NCBI GenBank assembly: GCA_963823555.1 | Contig: CAWGMA010000001.1 | Location: forward strand, 2,048,001 to 2,112,000 | Length of the DNA: 64,000 bases | Direction: 5' to 3' | Source of the DNA: Candidatus Eiseniibacteriota bacterium | Lineage (GTDB): Bacteria > Eisenbacteria > RBG-16-71-46 > CAVPCR01 | In this document: positions 60,378-64,000 of the stretch, piece by piece | How the letters are laid out: each line of letters opens with the position of its first letter | How positions within the stretch are numbered: position 1 is the first letter of the stretch | Program-made: the position numbers and the translations under genes | The notes under the pieces: model-generated | The model's input: the letters and a program-made list of their open reading frames with translations, nothing else | Told to the model about the DNA's origin: nothing | Database searches by the model: none

Positions 60378-62684
60378 TCAAGCTCCTTTCGGCGGAGCCA
60401 GATGGAGGCGCAACGAGGCAAATGCAGAGAGCGCGCGGCTCGCACGATCGATCTTCCGATACACCGGGATCCCGGCTCGCTGCAGGAGGGTGACCGTGGG
60501 ATCGTAGAGCCGTCCGGAATCCATCGAGACCACGAGCGGCTTGGTGATGTTGCGGCTCAGACGGATGATCTCGGCCGGCAGCGAACCCAGGGCGAAGATG
60601 TTCTCCGTGTGTCCGCCCGAGAGATCGGGCGCGAGCACCTCGAGCATCGGCGCTGCCGGCACGGCGGAGACAATGAGCGCATCGACGTTGGGGTCGCCGG
60701 CCAAGATCTCGACGGCCCGGATGAAACTCGCCGTGTCGGCCATCGGGGTGGCATCGACCGGGTTCCCCGCGTGGGCGATGTCAGGCAGGCAGGCGCGCAG
60801 AGCTTCGCGCGTTGTCGAGGCGAGATCCGCCAGCTCGAGGGAGTAGAGACGATCGCTCACCGCGCCGCACTCGAACCCGGCGTTGGAGATGGCGCCGATC
60901 CGGCGGCCGGTGATGGTCCGCCCGTCGAGCATGGTCAGAATCTTGGTGAAGTCCTCGAACTGGTTCAAGGTCTCGGGAACAATCGCGCCGGCGCGGGTGA
61001 GCAGTGAGCGGGCGACTTCATAGTCTCCTGCCATGGAGGCCGTGTGACTGGCGGCGGCGCGAGCGCCGAAGGCCGTCTTGCCCGCCTTGTAGATGACCAC
61101 CGCCCGCCCGGTTGCGGTCGCCCGTCGCACCAGATGGACGAAGCGTTCCCCCTCTCCCCGCTGGAAGCCCTCTATATAGAAGGCAAACACGTGGGCCGCG
61201 GGCTCGTTCTCCAGGTAGTACTCGAGGAAATCGCCCGCCGTCAGGTCCATCTCGTTGCCGTAGCTGATCGAGCTGCGGGGGAAGATGATGCCATCCAGGT
61301 TCGAAGTGAAGGTGACGAGATAGGCGCCGGACTGGCTGACCGCCACGAGCACATCGCCCGGTGCATCGTGAAACGGCAACTTGTAGGTCGGCAGGAAGAA
61401 GGTGTTGTACTCCCCCTTGCTGACGATCCCAAGGCAGTTGCCCCCAACCATCACCGGACCTGCCTCGTCCCGACGCGGGGCGCTGGCGAGGCATTCCTGG
61501 ATCTCCTGGGCCAGGCTCGCGTCTCCCGTCTCGGCAAACCCTCCCGGGATGAGAATGATCGAGCGCGCCTTTTGTTGACGGACGATGTCGGCGATGGCAT
61601 CTCGAGCCCCGCTGGCTGGGATCGAAATCACGGCCAGGTCCACCGCCTCCGGCAGGCTCGCCGTGTCGGGGTAGCAGGTCACGCCGTCAATGACCTGTTC
61701 CTTGGGATGCACGCCATACAGCTTGCCGTAGGTGATCCCGTTCGCCGTCTTGAGATTGCGCAGAATGATCCGACCCGCATTCATCACCTTGCTGCTGGCA
61801 CCGTAAATGGCAGCACTCTTGGGATGGAGCAGGTGCCTGATGACGCCGACCGGGCGCGGCCTCCGGCGCCCGGGTTCCGGGCCGGCCAGACGAACGAACG
61901 CGTCGAGGGCCACCAGCCGTCCGCCGGCGGCGGCCACCGGATTCAGCTCGATCTCCTCGAACGCCGGGGCTGTGGAATCGAGCGCGAGCGGCGCCTGCGC
62001 GAGCCGGGCGAGACCGGTCAGGATATCGACCAACCCCGCCGCCGGAACCGGTGCCTTGGCATGGACGCGCCCAGCGCGCAATGCCAGTTCGCCGAGGGCG
62101 AGCGCCTCGATCGCCGCCAGGGCTGTGGCTGGATCGAAATCCACGGCGGGCATGACCAGGCGCGTCTGCGCGGCGGAGAGACGTCCGTACCACTCGGCGA
62201 GAAGACCGCCGAGGCCGAAGAAGAGCACGGGGCCGAACGCCGGGTCGCGCCGCGCGCTGAACAGGTACTCGAACCCGGGGACATTGGCCGAGAAGGCGAT
62301 GTGCTCGGCCACCAGAACGCCGCGCCGATCCGTACCCGCCGGTGCGCGCTGCCGCACCTCGTCGAGCATGCGAGCGATCCCGGCGTTCACGGCCTCGAGA
62401 TCGCGCGCGACCACGGCCACACCGCCCATCTCGGTCTTGTGCACGATGTCGGGCGAGACGATCTTGAGCACCACCTGCTTGCTCGGGAGCGCCGAGAGAT
62501 CCGCGGCAGTCACGACCGCACCTGCTGGCACAAAGAGGTGCGCCGGTGTCGGGATACCGACAGCCGCAATCAGCTGGTAGGATTCGTGCTCGAGAAGGGT
62601 CATCCGCTGCTCGCGGCGCGCCGCCGCGAGCAAGGGACTCAGGTCCATCCGGGTCGTTGACCGCGCCATCGGTGTCGTCGTCAT
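60378..62684 (-). CDS. Fused ADP-forming acyl-CoA synthetase (acetate-CoA ligase family), ATP-grasp domain first
   Basis: LLEHESY...VVLKIVSPDIVHKTEMGGV, DPAFGP, IELNP; then CoA-binding domain, GGNCLG, SQSGA, phospho-His motif ASHTASMAG, NPVD. Confidence 0.88.
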   Translation of the reverse strand: MTTTPMARSTTRMDLSPLLAAARREQRMTLLEHESYQLIAAVGIPTPAHLFVPAGAVVTAADLSALPSKQVVLKIVSPDIVHKTEMGGVAVVARDLEAVNAGIARMLDEVRQRAPAGTDRRGVLVAEHIAFSANVPGFEYLFSARRDPAFGPVLFFGLGGLLAEWYGRLSAAQTRLVMPAVDFDPATALAAIEALALGELALRAGRVHAKAPVPAAGLVDILTGLARLAQAPLALDSTAPAFEEIELNPVAAAGGRLVALDAFVRLAGPEPGRRRPRPVGVIRHLLHPKSAAIYGASSKVMNAGRIILRNLKTANGITYGKLYGVHPKEQVIDGVTCYPDTASLPEAVDLAVISIPASGARDAIADIVRQQKARSIILIPGGFAETGDASLAQEIQECLASAPRRDEAGPVMVGGNCLGIVSKGEYNTFFLPTYKLPFHDAPGDVLVAVSQSGAYLVTFTSNLDGIIFPRSSISYGNEMDLTAGDFLEYYLENEPAAHVFAFYIEGFQRGEGERFVHLVRRATATGRAVVIYKAGKTAFGARAAASHTASMAGDYEVARSLLTRAGAIVPETLNQFEDFTKILTMLDGRTITGRRIGAISNAGFECGAVSDRLYSLELADLASTTREALRACLPDIAHAGNPVDATPMADTASFIRAVEILAGDPNVDALIVSAVPAAPMLEVLAPDLSGGHTENIFALGSLPAEIIRLSRNITKPLVVSMDSGRLYDPTVTLLQRAGIPVYRKIDRASRALSAFASLRLHLAPPKGA

Positions 62685-62899
62685 CCTTCGCTCCCCCACC
62701 CGGCCAGGTCTGCCGGAATTCACCACCCCATCCACCCGGGACGGACCCCATTTGGGGCTCGAGCCCGAGCCATCGTAGCCTGACGGGCCCCCACTCTCAA
62801 GCCGGCCGAGTCACGATGCCGAGCGCGAGGTGCTAGATTTCGCGGCGAACCGGCGGGGAACGGCCCGGTCCCGGCAATCAGCAAGTCGAGAGGCAGCGT

Positions 62900-64000
62900 A
62901 TGGGCGAAGATCTTCTGCACCAAAGCGACGGGCTCGAGTGCCCGCACTGCCCCCCATGCCCCGGCTGCCCGCTCCTGGCCGTTGCCTATCGCGACCAGCT
63001 CGAAGAGAAGGCGGCTCTGCTCGGCCGCGCGCTGGCCGGCCTCGTCCCCGAGACGGCGATCCGTTCTCCGGTCGCCTCACCCCACCTCCACGGCTATCGG
63101 AATCAGTCCCGCCTCGTCTTCACTCGCGGCCGGACCGGACGCATCGAGACCGGGCTCTATGCCGCAGGCAGTCATCGCGTCATCCCCATCCCCCGCTGCT
63201 TGATCCAGCCCGAGGGCATGAATGCGATCGCCCGCACGACCGGCCGTGTGGCCCGGGAGCTTCGCCTCCTCGTTTACGATGAGCGCACGGGGCGCGGCCA
63301 TCTGCGCTACCTCGTCCTCCGCGCCGATCACACCCGACGCCACTTCCTGGTTGGACTGGTGGCTGCCGAGAACGCGGCCGATCCTCGACTGCGGGCCCTG
63401 GCCCGCGGCCTCCGCCAACGACATCCGGAAATCGCCGGGGTCTCGCTCCTTGTGAACACGACGCGAGGCAATGTGATCCTGGCCGGGGAAGAGGCCTGGA
63501 CCGAGGGGCAGACCCGCCTTCCCGACCGGATCGGCACCGCCGACCTTCTCGTCTCCATGCGGAGCTTCCTGCAGGCCAATCACGAGATCGCCGGGCTCAT
63601 CTGCGCGCGCATCGTGGATTTCATCGGCGACCACGGCATCGAAGCCGGAAGCACGATCCTCGACTTGTACTCGGGGGTCGGCGCCGTCGCCCTTCACCTG
63701 GCGCAGTCCGGGCGCCGGGTCCTCGGGGTCGAGGCCTCTCCCGGTGCCGTCGCGGACGCCGAGGCGGGACGGACCCGGGCCGGCATCCCTCGGGACCGGC
63801 TCCGCTTCATCGTGGCTCGTGCCGAGCACTTCTTCGACCGCCGTGAGAGATTGGCTCCCGAGCTCGATGCGGAGCCGGTCGGGGTGGCGGTGGTGAATCC
63901 TCCCCGCGCCGGATGTTCGCCCCGGGTCGTGGCCGGGCTCGTGGCGCTCGCACCGCGCCTCCTGGTCTACGCTTCCTGTAACCCCGGTACGCTCGCTCGC
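62900..64000 (+). CDS. 23S rRNA m5U methyltransferase RlmD/RumA-like (partial; runs off the window; not in the ORF track)
   Basis: MGEDLL...CPHCPPCPGC (Fe-S), GYRNQ, SFLQAN, LDLYSGVG, VVNPPRAG, LVYASCNPGTLAR. Confidence 0.85.
   Translation, partial: MGEDLLHQSDGLECPHCPPCPGCPLLAVAYRDQLEEKAALLGRALAGLVPETAIRSPVASPHLHGYRNQSRLVFTRGRTGRIETGLYAAGSHRVIPIPRCLIQPEGMNAIARTTGRVARELRLLVYDERTGRGHLRYLVLRADHTRRHFLVGLVAAENAADPRLRALARGLRQRHPEIAGVSLLVNTTRGNVILAGEEAWTEGQTRLPDRIGTADLLVSMRSFLQANHEIAGLICARIVDFIGDHGIEAGSTILDLYSGVGAVALHLAQSGRRVLGVEASPGAVADAEAGRTRAGIPRDRLRFIVARAEHFFDRRERLAPELDAEPVGVAVVNPPRAGCSPRVVAGLVALAPRLLVYASCNPGTLAR

Overview
GC-rich bacterial DNA with about 45 genes, mostly on the minus strand. 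I found no rRNA, tRNA, CRISPR array, transposase or integrase. The gene content suggests a diderm, probably anaerobic or facultative peptide-fermenting organism. The many FlgD-Ig/T9SS-type C-terminal domains and 'TWGSxKA' tails point, by inference only, to an FCB-related candidate lineage such as Eisenbacteria, Krumholzibacteria or Latescibacteria. Recognisable genes include cstA, pepA, S8 and S41 peptidases, ilvE, 2-oxoacid:ferredoxin oxidoreductase alpha/beta, a fused ADP-forming acyl-CoA synthetase, DsbD/TlpA, a HEAT-cyclophilin, a glycosylation cluster, a CzcA/CzcB metal efflux locus, a cobalamin riboswitch controlling btuB plus a beta-propeller lipoprotein, amrA and an rlmD-like gene. Highlights are: (1) a 65-aa stand-alone bacterial histone-fold gene at 54193-54390; (2) two unrelated secreted proteins sharing a short C-terminal 'GATAVExxTWGSxKAxF' tag, interleaved with FlgD/T9SS-CTD proteins, which suggests a second sorting signal; (3) a CzcB with a duplicated WCxxHxxPESxCxxC motif beside a Cys-rich mini-protein; (4) a promoter exactly bracketed by inverted repeats; (5) a 43-aa Arg/Lys-rich gene missing from the ORF track. 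Dense frameshifts in four genes are most likely long-read assembly errors.
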